Sequence record: SRR31156797_360
Strand: one strand, 5' to 3'
Length of the DNA: 64,000 bases
In this document: positions 47,990 through 56,795 of the stretch, piece after piece
Position numbering within the stretch: the stretch's first letter is position 1
How the letters are laid out: each line of letters starts with the position of its first letter
Notes under the pieces: model-generated
Seen by the model: the letters and a program-made list of their open reading frames with translations, nothing else
Databases searched by the model: none
What the model was told of the DNA's origin: nothing
Program-made: the position numbers and the translations under genes

Positions 47990-49300
47990 ATGTCATCAAT
48001 ACGAATTCGAAAAGGGTTAAAGCTGCCTATTAAAGGTGAGCCTGCCTCTGAGTTGAAAATTATCAATAATATCAAAGAGTCAGCCATACTTGGCGATGAT
48101 TTCCCTGGTATGAAACCATCAATGCTTGTGAAAGAGGGTGACGCAGTACAGAAGGGTCAGCCTGTCTTTACCGACCGCAAAAACGAAGAGATAGTCTATA
48201 CTGCTCCTGTTACGGGAAAAGTAAAAGTTATCAACAGAGGGGTTAACAGAAAATTCCTCTCGATGGTTTTTGAGAAAGGAGAGGGCGAGGCGATTAAGTT
48301 TGATACGAATGTTTCAGACAGACAATCGGTTTACGACCTTTTGAAAAACTCAGGTCTGCTCGCATCATTCAGGGAGCGTCCTTTCGCTAAGTGCCCTTGT
48401 GCTGAGCGTGAGCCAAAAGCAGTCTTCATAAACTGTATGGATACACGACCACTTGCACCTGACATGACTGTGATTTTAAAAGGTAACGAGGAATATTTTA
48501 AAAGGGGTACTGAGGCAGTTAGTAAGCTAGCTGATCAGACTTATATCTGTAAAGGTATGGATATTAATTTGCCTGAGATAGACGGTGTAGAGGTGAAACT
48601 TTTCGAGGGTCCTCACCCAGCCGGGCTTTCAGGTACACACATACATAACGTAATGTCAGCCTCTCTGAGCAGAACTGTATGGTCTGTTGATATGCAGGGT
48701 GTAATTGACATCGGCTATCTTCTTACGCATGGTGAGCTGAATGAGACTACACGTGTGGCTCTGTCTGGTGCTTTTGATGAACCTTGCCATGTTGAGACGA
48801 TAAAAGGTGCTCCGGTATCGGAGATAGCGGGTAAGGTTGAAAATGCCAGAATGATAATAGGCTCTGTGCTTTACGGTTATGAAGTGACCGATGGAGTTGA
48901 ACATTTATCATCATGCCTGCCTCAGATTACAGCACTTCCTGAGCTCGCTGATAGGTATTTTTTCGGGTGGACAACACCTAGAATTGATCTCTTTTCCGTT
49001 AAGAATATATTTGCATCAGCGTTTATGGGTAAGGGTAAATTACTTTTTGATACATCTTTAAACGGTGCTCACCGACCTATGGTTCCTGTGGGAACTTATG
49101 AGAAGGTGATGCCGCTTGATATACTTCCTACACATCTGCTCAGGTCGATGATTGTAGGCGATCTGGAAACATCTGAAAAGATGGGCTGTCTGGAGCTTTC
49201 CGAGGAAGATTTGAGTCTTTGTACTTATGTTTGCCCGGGTAAAATAGATTACGGTCCGATCCTGAGAGATGTTCTGACTGAAATAGAGAAGGAGGGCTAG
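47990..49300 (+). CDS. nqrA: Na+-translocating NADH:quinone reductase subunit A
   Basis: IRKGLKLPIKG, GMKPSM, GPHPAG, MPLDILPT, EEDLSLCTYVCPGK; start ATG 47990 after GGAGG. Confidence 0.93.
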   Translation: MSSIRIRKGLKLPIKGEPASELKIINNIKESAILGDDFPGMKPSMLVKEGDAVQKGQPVFTDRKNEEIVYTAPVTGKVKVINRGVNRKFLSMVFEKGEGEAIKFDTNVSDRQSVYDLLKNSGLLASFRERPFAKCPCAEREPKAVFINCMDTRPLAPDMTVILKGNEEYFKRGTEAVSKLADQTYICKGMDINLPEIDGVEVKLFEGPHPAGLSGTHIHNVMSASLSRTVWSVDMQGVIDIGYLLTHGELNETTRVALSGAFDEPCHVETIKGAPVSEIAGKVENARMIIGSVLYGYEVTDGVEHLSSCLPQITALPELADRYFFGWTTPRIDLFSVKNIFASAFMGKGKLLFDTSLNGAHRPMVPVGTYEKVMPLDILPTHLLRSMIVGDLETSEKMGCLELSEEDLSLCTYVCPGKIDYGPILRDVLTEIEKEG

Positions 49301-49302
49301 GG

Positions 49303-50490
49303 ATGAAAGCTTTCCTTAATAAGCAGGCTAAACACTTTGCGAAAGGTGGCAAACTGGAGCGTTGGTATCCGGTTTTTGAGATGGTTGATACATTCATCTA
49401 CACCCCGATGGATAAAACTCACGGCAATACTCACGTTCGTGACGGGATAGAGCTTAAGAGGATAATGACAACTGTTGTTATAGCTCTTCTGCCTTGTTTA
49501 CTGATGGCTATTTATAATACGGGCTTACAGGCGAATAATGCTGTAGTGACAGTAGGCTCTGCACCTGAAACATTCAGGAATATGGTGCTGGCTGGCATGG
49601 GTGTCGGGTTTGACCCGAACAGTGCATACGATAATATAATGCACGGTCTCGGCTGGTTTATGCCTCTGTATATCGCTACTATGATAGTGGGCGGTACGTG
49701 GGAAGTGATTTTCGCTGTTGTGCGCAAGCATGAGATAGGCGAGGCTTTCCTTGTGACTTCGCTCCTTTATCCTATGATACTCCCTCCAACAGTGCCTATC
49801 TGGCAGGCGATGGTTGCTCTGTCCATAGGTCTTGTTTTCGGTAAGGAGCTATTCGGCGGAACAGGGCGCAATTTAGTTAACCCTGCGCTCTTTTCGAGGG
49901 CGATTCTGTTTTTCTCTTATCCGGCAGCAGCCACCGGAGACACAATATGGGTTGGTCTTGACGGTTTTTCTATGGCGACACCACTCGGTGGTCAGGCTCT
50001 GGGCTTGGAGATGAATGTGACATTTATGGATGCTTTTCTCGGTTTTATACCCGGTTCAATGGGTGAAACCTCAGCTCTGGCTTGTCTATTCGGTGCATTT
50101 GTACTGATATCAACAGGCATTGGCTCATGGCGAATCATCTTATCATCTGTTGTCGGTCTGGTTGTATTCACTGGGCTTTTCTATATTGTTGGTTCAGACA
50201 GTAACCCTATGTTTTCGCTCGCTCCCCACTGGCATCTGGTGCTTGGCGGTTTCGCTTTTGCCACGGTGTTTATGGCGACAGATCCTGTGTCTGCCACATT
50301 TACGGAGAAGGGGAAATTCTACTACGGCTTTATGATAGGTGCTCTTACGGCACTTGTCAGGGTGGTCAATCCGGCATACCCAGAGGGTGCTATGCTCGCG
50401 ATTTTGTTTGCTAATGTGATGGCTCCGCTCATCGACTATGTCGTTGTGAGAGCAAATATAAAGAGAAGGGAGGCGAGAAGTGCAGCGTGA
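49303..50490 (+). CDS. nqrB: NQR subunit B
   Basis: THVRD, WEVIFAVVRKHE, KELFGGTG, GSMGETS, FMATDPVS, AYPEG. Confidence 0.95.
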   Translation: MKAFLNKQAKHFAKGGKLERWYPVFEMVDTFIYTPMDKTHGNTHVRDGIELKRIMTTVVIALLPCLLMAIYNTGLQANNAVVTVGSAPETFRNMVLAGMGVGFDPNSAYDNIMHGLGWFMPLYIATMIVGGTWEVIFAVVRKHEIGEAFLVTSLLYPMILPPTVPIWQAMVALSIGLVFGKELFGGTGRNLVNPALFSRAILFFSYPAAATGDTIWVGLDGFSMATPLGGQALGLEMNVTFMDAFLGFIPGSMGETSALACLFGAFVLISTGIGSWRIILSSVVGLVVFTGLFYIVGSDSNPMFSLAPHWHLVLGGFAFATVFMATDPVSATFTEKGKFYYGFMIGALTALVRVVNPAYPEGAMLAILFANVMAPLIDYVVVRANIKRREARSAA

Positions 50491-51232
50491 AAGTGATCTT
50501 AGAACTTTTGCCACAGCGTTAGTGCTGGCTGTGGTTTGCTCCTTTCTGGTGTCCGGAGCGGCGGTTATGTTAAAGCCGAAGCAGGACAAGAATAAGGAGC
50601 TTGAGCGCAAGAAAAATGTACTCATTGCTGGTGGTCTGATGAAAGACGGCACAGACATTGAGAAAGCGTTCGGAGCTATTGAGGTGGCATTCGCTGATAT
50701 GAAAACAGGCGAAAGAGTTAAAGGCGACCTCGATGTTTACTTTAATAATTTTAAGGAGTTATCTACTGGATCTGACTCCATAAAGCTTGCTAAGGCGCAG
50801 GACATCGCTGGCATAAGAAGCATCCCTGCGAATGTGCCTGTCTTCCTTGTTAAGGACGGCGGTGAGCTTAAGAAGGTTATCGTACCTATTTACGGTTCGG
50901 GGCTTTGGTCGACTATGTACGGCTTCCTCGCTTTAGAGGCTGACATGAACACTATCAGCGGAATTACATTTTATGAGCACGGCGAAACACCCGGTCTAGG
51001 CGGCGAAATAGACAACCCGCTCTGGAAGAAGACTTGGGTAGGCAAGCTTATCTACGGCAATTCCGGCGACGTCTCTTTTGCTATCGTTAAAGGCGGTGCG
51101 AAAGGTGTTCATCAGGTGGACTCGCTAAGCGGTGCTTCACTTACCAGCAGGGGCGTTGAGAGTGTTGTGCGTTTCTGGCTTGGTGCTGATGGATTTTCTA
51201 AATTTCTTAATAACTTAAAAGGGGGTGCCTAA
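50480..51232 (+). CDS. nqrC: NQR subunit C
   Basis: [32 protein letters not shown]. Confidence 0.93.
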   Translation: MQRESDLRTFATALVLAVVCSFLVSGAAVMLKPKQDKNKELERKKNVLIAGGLMKDGTDIEKAFGAIEVAFADMKTGERVKGDLDVYFNNFKELSTGSDSIKLAKAQDIAGIRSIPANVPVFLVKDGGELKKVIVPIYGSGLWSTMYGFLALEADMNTISGITFYEHGETPGLGGEIDNPLWKKTWVGKLIYGNSGDVSFAIVKGGAKGVHQVDSLSGASLTSRGVESVVRFWLGADGFSKFLNNLKGGA

Positions 51233-51846
51233 TGGCTGGATACGGCAAAATCCTATTTGACCCTATCTTTAAAAATAACCCCATAGCTATACAGCTTCTA
51301 GGTATATGCTCGGCATTGGCTGTGACATCGAAGATGCAGACGACATTGGTTATGTCATTGTCCGTTATATGTATTCTAGGCTTGTCGAACTTCTTTATCT
51401 CGCTGATACGAAAGCATATGCCGTCTAGCATAAGGCTTATCATAGAGATGACCATTATCGCTACGCTGGTTATCATCGCAGATCAGGTGATTAAAGCTTA
51501 TATGTTTGAAGTGAGTAAGCAGCTTTCGGTTTTTGTAGGGCTGATCATTACAAACTGTATCCTGCTCGGAAGGGCTGAGGCGTATGCTGTAAATAACACA
51601 CCTATCAAGTCATTAATCGACGGTGTTGGTAATGCCGCTGGATATAGCATTGTGCTCATTCAGGTAGCTTTCGCAAGAGAGCTGATAGGCTCAGGGAAGA
51701 TAATGGGATACACCATACTCAACCCTGTGAACGAGGGCGGCTGGTACACTCCTAACGGATTGTTTCTGCTTGCTCCGTCTGCTTTTTTCCTTATCGGAGT
51801 AATTATATGGGCTGCCAAACTGACAGTGGCAAAGGAGGAGGCTTAA
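51232..51846 (+). CDS. nqrD: NQR subunit D
   Basis: [32 protein letters not shown]. Confidence 0.95.
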   Translation: MAGYGKILFDPIFKNNPIAIQLLGICSALAVTSKMQTTLVMSLSVICILGLSNFFISLIRKHMPSSIRLIIEMTIIATLVIIADQVIKAYMFEVSKQLSVFVGLIITNCILLGRAEAYAVNNTPIKSLIDGVGNAAGYSIVLIQVAFARELIGSGKIMGYTILNPVNEGGWYTPNGLFLLAPSAFFLIGVIIWAAKLTVAKEEA

Positions 51847-51847
51847 C

Positions 51848-52459
51848 ATGTTAGAGTCATACCTTGCACTGTTTATTAAGGCAGTATTTATAGAGAATAT
51901 GGCGCTCTCCTTCTTCCTCGGGATGTGTACGTTCCTTGCGGTTTCTAAGAAGGTTGAGACAGCTTTCGGGCTTGGTGTCGCAGTAGTTGTAGTACAGACT
52001 ATTACGGTTCCGGTTAACAACATAATTTACACCTACCTTTTAAAAGACGGCGCACTTGCCTGGGCTGGTCTTGAGGGTGTTGACCTTACATTCATCGGGC
52101 TTGTGACATACATAGGCGTTATCGCTGCACTGGTGCAAATCCTTGAGATGGCGCTAGATAAGTATGTTCCGACACTATACAATGCACTCGGTATATTTCT
52201 TCCGCTCATCACGGTGAACTGTGCGATTCTCGGTGGTTCGCTCTTTATGGTTCAGCGGGAGTATAACTTCGGCGAGTCTGTTGTTTTCGGTGCGGGTTCC
52301 GGTGTGGGCTGGGCTTTGGCGATTGTCGCTATGGCAGGGCTCCGGGAAAAACTTAAATATGCATCTGTTCCGAAAGGGCTTGATGGTGCGGGGATCACAT
52401 TTATCGTGGCTGGCATCATGGCTATTTCGTTTATGCTCTTTTCGGGGATACAGCTATGA
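51848..52459 (+). CDS. nqrE: NQR subunit E
   Basis: [28 protein letters not shown]. Confidence 0.95.
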   Translation: MLESYLALFIKAVFIENMALSFFLGMCTFLAVSKKVETAFGLGVAVVVVQTITVPVNNIIYTYLLKDGALAWAGLEGVDLTFIGLVTYIGVIAALVQILEMALDKYVPTLYNALGIFLPLITVNCAILGGSLFMVQREYNFGESVVFGAGSGVGWALAIVAMAGLREKLKYASVPKGLDGAGITFIVAGIMAISFMLFSGIQL

Positions 52460-53667
52460 TGGTGCTTATGCTGGGCGTGGCAGCCTTTACTGCCATTATA
52501 CTTTTTCTGGTTGGGATAATCGTTAACGCCAGAAGGGCACTCGTCGCTAGCGGTGACGTTACAATCAACATTAACGATGAGAAAGACCTTATCACAGGCG
52601 CAGGGGGGAAACTGCTCAATGTGCTTGCTGAGAATGATATATTTGTTTCATCTGCATGTGGCGGCGGTGGTTCTTGCGGTCAGTGCCGTGTGACTGTGCT
52701 TGATGGCGGCGGTAGCATTCTGCCCACTGAAAAAACGCACATAAGCAGACGTGAGGAGCGTGAGGGGCTTAGGCTTTCATGCCAGACAGCGGTTAAGCAG
52801 GATATGAAGATTGAGCTTGATGCTGAGGTTTTCTCTGCGAAACGTTTCGAGTGTGAGGTTGTTTCTAATAATAACTTAGCAACTTTTATCAAAGAATTTG
52901 TGCTGGCTATCCCTGAGAAGGTGGATTTCAGAGCTGGCGGATACATACAGGTTGTTGTGCCGGAATATGAAGCGGCATATAAAGATATGGATATCGGCGA
53001 TGAATATATCCCAGAGTGGGAAAAGTTCGGTGTTTTCCGCTATCATGCGGGGACAAAAGAGGAGATTCAGCGTGCATACTCTATGGCTAATTACCCTGAA
53101 GAAGAGGGGATAGTTAAGCTAAACGTGCGCATCGCAACGCCTCCGCCTAATAAGAACGTACCGCCTGGTATAGGGTCGTCATATGTATGGTCGAGGAAGC
53201 CCGGAGATAAGGTGACTATTGCTGGTCCTTTCGGCGAATTTTTCGCTCAGGATACGGACAAAGAGATGGTTTTTATAGGCGGTGGAGCAGGGATGGCTCC
53301 GCTCCGTTCGATTATATTTGATCAGTTAAAAAGACTGAATGCCACAAGAAAGATAAGCTATTGGTACGGCGGAAGGAGCAGGAGAGAGCTCTTTTATATA
53401 GAGGATTTTGAAGCTCTCGAAAAAGAGTTTGAAAACTTCAGCTGGCACATCGCACTTTCTGACCCTCTGCCGGAGGATAACTGGAAAGGGTATACAGGCT
53501 ATATTCATCAGGTGGCACTGGAGAATTATCTTAAAAAGCACGATGCACCGGAAGAGATAGAATATTATCTTTGCGGTCCTCCTATGATGATTGAAGCTGT
53601 GAAATGTATGCTGGAGAGTCTCGGGGTTGAGCCTGAAAATATTTACCTCGACGATTTTGGCGGATAA
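52456..53667 (+). CDS. nqrF: NQR subunit F
   Basis: [12 protein letters not shown] and RLSCQ 2Fe-2S site, RAYSMA FAD motif, [14 protein letters not shown], ends DDFGG. Confidence 0.97.
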   Translation: MMVLMLGVAAFTAIILFLVGIIVNARRALVASGDVTININDEKDLITGAGGKLLNVLAENDIFVSSACGGGGSCGQCRVTVLDGGGSILPTEKTHISRREEREGLRLSCQTAVKQDMKIELDAEVFSAKRFECEVVSNNNLATFIKEFVLAIPEKVDFRAGGYIQVVVPEYEAAYKDMDIGDEYIPEWEKFGVFRYHAGTKEEIQRAYSMANYPEEEGIVKLNVRIATPPPNKNVPPGIGSSYVWSRKPGDKVTIAGPFGEFFAQDTDKEMVFIGGGAGMAPLRSIIFDQLKRLNATRKISYWYGGRSRRELFYIEDFEALEKEFENFSWHIALSDPLPEDNWKGYTGYIHQVALENYLKKHDAPEEIEYYLCGPPMMIEAVKCMLESLGVEPENIYLDDFGG

Positions 53668-53668
53668 T

Positions 53669-53815
53669 ATGCAGTACGCTTTGATTTTTGTAGTATGTGT
53701 GATACTTATACTGTTCTTTATGCTGGTAGTGGGTAAGAGTAAAAGGAAGAATCCTTGCTCTTGCGGAAAAGGTAACTGCCAGACAGGACAGGTGTGCGAA
53801 GATGATGGAGCTTAA
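53669..53815 (+). CDS. Small single-TM Cys-rich protein, probable NqrM-like maturation factor
   Basis: 48 aa starting 1 bp after the nqrF stop: TM followed by KRKNPCSCGKGNCQTGQVC. Confidence 0.6.
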   Translation: MQYALIFVVCVILILFFMLVVGKSKRKNPCSCGKGNCQTGQVCEDDGA

Positions 53816-54068
53816 TACTGACACAATACTGATGTTTGTCGCCGGGATGATTCTCGGTGGATACTTTTACATCAGGGTAGAAACAATAGTAATGGAGAAA
53901 TATTATTCTGGTTTAACTGATGAAGGGCGTGTAGCAGCGCTTAAAAGGGTCGGCTTTGGGCTTACTTTTATCGGGGTATTTTTCTTTGTTTTAACTTTTT
54001 TTCTATGGGGTAAACCTTTGCCGGCGGGGATATTTGCAGGCTTTGCCATATTTGGCATAAGGCCGTAG
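53802..54068 (+). CDS. Small membrane protein, hypothetical
   Basis: 88 aa with 2-3 hydrophobic segments, overlapping the previous ORF. Confidence 0.6.
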   Translation: MMELNTDTILMFVAGMILGGYFYIRVETIVMEKYYSGLTDEGRVAALKRVGFGLTFIGVFFFVLTFFLWGKPLPAGIFAGFAIFGIRP

Positions 54069-54115
54069 GTAAATATTGTTTGCTGAAAGAACAACTGCTG
54101 ATATAATAATAAACA

Positions 54116-55675
54116 ATGAGTAACAAGCCTAAAAATCAAAATGAATCCGACGTGCGGATTGTTGGTAACAGCATTTCGCTCGCGATGAAAGATATGGTAA
54201 AAAGCAGGGATAAACTCCAGCGCACTCAGCTTTTAGCTGGTATCGGCGGGTTCGAATATCTACCTGATGAAAAACTAATTATTGTATCTGATGAGGCTTG
54301 TGCAGCTCTTGGTATTTGCAATGGGCAGAATGCTTTTGAAATGAAGGAGTTCTGTACCTATATAAGACAGAGCGATAACAGTAAGTTTTGTGAGATACTT
54401 GAGTATGCGGAACTTGCCAGACACGACAATGTAGAATTTGTTTTCAAGGATAACTCCGGTGAAAGCAGATACATAGAGGTCATTCTTGACCAGCCTGATA
54501 ATACTATCCAAGGGAGCATTTCTGGTGTTTTCAGAAATATTACCCGTACCAGAAAAGCAGAGCTAGAAAAAACTGCAAGTAATCAGGCATTTTCCACAGT
54601 TTTCGATAATTCACAAATAGCTATTCTCGTTGTTAACCTCAAAGGTAATATCATAGGATTTAATAATAGTTTACTTGATTTGCTTGAATATAGCCGTGAA
54701 GAGATGGAAAAGATGCACAGCTCTCAGCTTGTTCACCCGGACGATATTATGGAAGTGAGCAGAATGTTTGCCAAATTCATCACAAGCGCAGGTAAGATAA
54801 ACTCTCTCGATTACAGAGTTATGACGAAGTCTGGTCGATTGATAGATGTGCTGGTTAATTTTGATATGATCATCGATCCTGTCAGCGAGAAGATATATAT
54901 TTTCCTTAACGATATTACCGAAATTAAAGAGATGGAGAATAAGCATATAGATCAGGAGAGAATGCTCATCCAGCAGTCTAAGATGGCAACTCTCGGCGAG
55001 ATGGTTGCTCTTCTTGCTCATCAGTGGCAGCAGCCGCTCAACTCTATCGGCATGACTGTTCAGATGCTTGATGAGCTTATAAGTGTTGATGAGGAGAACA
55101 GAAAGCTGCTTGTTAAGTCCGTAGAGAATGTTATGGATCAGGTATCTATGATGAGCGAGACTATGGACGATTTCAGAGATTTTCTTAAGCCTTCCGGTGA
55201 TAAATCGAAATTTAATCTTGTGAAGACCCTGAATGATGTTGTCACCCTATACCGTCCGCAGCTTAGGTTTTATGAGATCGGCTGTGAGATACATTTCGAA
55301 GATGAGAACATTAATAACATAGAGGTTGAAGGCTATGCAAATGAGCTTAAAAACGTTCTGCTTAATTTTCTCACGAACTCAAGAGATGCTATAGTCAAAA
55401 CCAGAGGTGTCAAAGGCGAGATCAGAGTAATCGTCAAGGATACAGAGGATAAGGTGTACGTCACCATTGAGGATAACGGCGGCGGTATGCCAGAATGCAT
55501 CCTTAAGGATATCTTTACGCCTTATGTCAGCACCAAGGGGTCTAAGGGGACTGGGCTTGGGCTTTACATGTCTAAGCTGATTATTAATGATCGAATGAAC
55601 GGAGATATCACTGTTGAGAATACCGATGAGGGCTTGCGAGCTTGCATCTGGTTAAATAAATATTTTGATGAATAA
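54116..55675 (+). CDS. Cytoplasmic PAS-PAS histidine kinase
   Basis: PAS (LVHPDD), H-box AHQWQQP, NFLTNSRDA, DNGGG, GTGLGLY. Confidence 0.92.
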   Translation: MSNKPKNQNESDVRIVGNSISLAMKDMVKSRDKLQRTQLLAGIGGFEYLPDEKLIIVSDEACAALGICNGQNAFEMKEFCTYIRQSDNSKFCEILEYAELARHDNVEFVFKDNSGESRYIEVILDQPDNTIQGSISGVFRNITRTRKAELEKTASNQAFSTVFDNSQIAILVVNLKGNIIGFNNSLLDLLEYSREEMEKMHSSQLVHPDDIMEVSRMFAKFITSAGKINSLDYRVMTKSGRLIDVLVNFDMIIDPVSEKIYIFLNDITEIKEMENKHIDQERMLIQQSKMATLGEMVALLAHQWQQPLNSIGMTVQMLDELISVDEENRKLLVKSVENVMDQVSMMSETMDDFRDFLKPSGDKSKFNLVKTLNDVVTLYRPQLRFYEIGCEIHFEDENINNIEVEGYANELKNVLLNFLTNSRDAIVKTRGVKGEIRVIVKDTEDKVYVTIEDNGGGMPECILKDIFTPYVSTKGSKGTGLGLYMSKLIINDRMNGDITVENTDEGLRACIWLNKYFDE

Positions 55676-55706
55676 AAAGTAAGGGGACCGTTAAGCCCCC
55701 TTTTTT
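55675..55706. terminator. Bidirectional terminator between convergent genes
   Basis: A run, AAGGGG-accgttaagc-CCCCTT, T run. Confidence 0.7.
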
Positions 55707-55707
55707 G

Positions 55708-56343
55708 TTACGCTAATGATGTTTCTACTGAATTGTTGATGTTCGCCATGTAGTTGTCAAATTTTTCCATTGTGGCGTTATAAGTGTTATAGCTTATCTC
55801 AGGAAGCTGACCTCCGAAGAGAGCCTCCGCCTGCTTAAATCCCTTAGTTACAGCTTCTTTTGCTTTAGCCATCTCTTCAGGGTTATCACCCGTATACGCT
55901 TTAGCGAAGTCAAACATCCTTTGTGATGTCTTCTCAACACCCCAGTATCCATCGTCGGAAAGCATCTGGTCAAGCTCAGACTTAACGTCCTCTAGTGTTT
56001 CGCCTTCCGTCATTTCGATAGTTATATTAATACTTGTGTAGCTTACAGAAAACCTGCCCGCCTGTGAGGACATGGTGTTTGCTGAGTGTTCTGCGATCTT
56101 TTCGAGAACTTCGCTAACAGTTTCCATAACATAAGCTTTGATGTCTTCGACCGGAGAGTGGCCTTCTGACATGATTGACAAAACATCAGAAAAGTTAGTG
56201 GATTTCTCTTGAGGTTTTGCTTCTGTTGATTGCAAATTTTCTTTGCTGGCAGTATCTTGACCGTCCTTGGTCTTGGTCGACTGCTCGTTTGAGTAACTAT
56301 AGCGCAAATTTACTGTCTGGGCGCTGACATTACTTACATACAT
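55708..56343 (-). CDS. Conserved hypothetical protein (DUF5610-like)
   Basis: C-terminal DGYWGVEKTSQRMFDFA..GFKQAE..FGGQLPEISYNTY motif familiar from uncharacterised proteins; SD GAGGAG. Confidence 0.65.
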   Translation of the reverse strand: MYVSNVSAQTVNLRYSYSNEQSTKTKDGQDTASKENLQSTEAKPQEKSTNFSDVLSIMSEGHSPVEDIKAYVMETVSEVLEKIAEHSANTMSSQAGRFSVSYTSINITIEMTEGETLEDVKSELDQMLSDDGYWGVEKTSQRMFDFAKAYTGDNPEEMAKAKEAVTKGFKQAEALFGGQLPEISYNTYNATMEKFDNYMANINNSVETSLA

Positions 56344-56574
56344 CGTGTTCTCCTCTCCACCCTTAAAAGCAGGGTGAAATATTCTTCGTTATACCGTCCG
56401 TTGTTTTGAAGAATGCTTTAAGATTGCGTCGAAAAAGCACCGTTCAACACTTTTGCAAAAGTAATATTATGACACCAATAAAGAGTGCCTTAGAGAACCA
56501 ATCGTCATTTAAGCTTGAACCTTGAGATGAAAATAACTATGATTTATCTAAGTTCAGATGTGGAGGGTTGTAAG

Positions 56575-56793
56575 TTGTTGAAGACTATAGAATACAAATC
56601 GTTACTACTATTTTCGGTAGTGCTCGGCTTAGCACCATTTCATCCGCAGCCGCACATAGTTGAAAAAATTAAAATGTTAATGGCCGGAACATTGTCCCGG
56701 CCAATTGATATATTTGATCTGTTGTTTCACTCAGCACCAATAATCCTGCTGATACTGAAGTTCGTTACTGAAAAATTTGATAAGAAGCAATAG
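56575..56793 (+). CDS. Small conserved membrane protein
   Basis: LGLAPF.P.PH..EK..ML..G.L.RP.DIFDL..H..P motif; TTG start after GGAGG. Confidence 0.7.
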   Translation: MLKTIEYKSLLLFSVVLGLAPFHPQPHIVEKIKMLMAGTLSRPIDIFDLLFHSAPIILLILKFVTEKFDKKQ

Positions 56794-56795
56794 GC

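Noticed and set aside
56380-56410. Possible sigma28 promoter (TCAA-N15-AACGAAGA, minus strand) for the DUF5610-like gene
   Set aside because: Too many mismatches in the -10 element to support from sequence alone.
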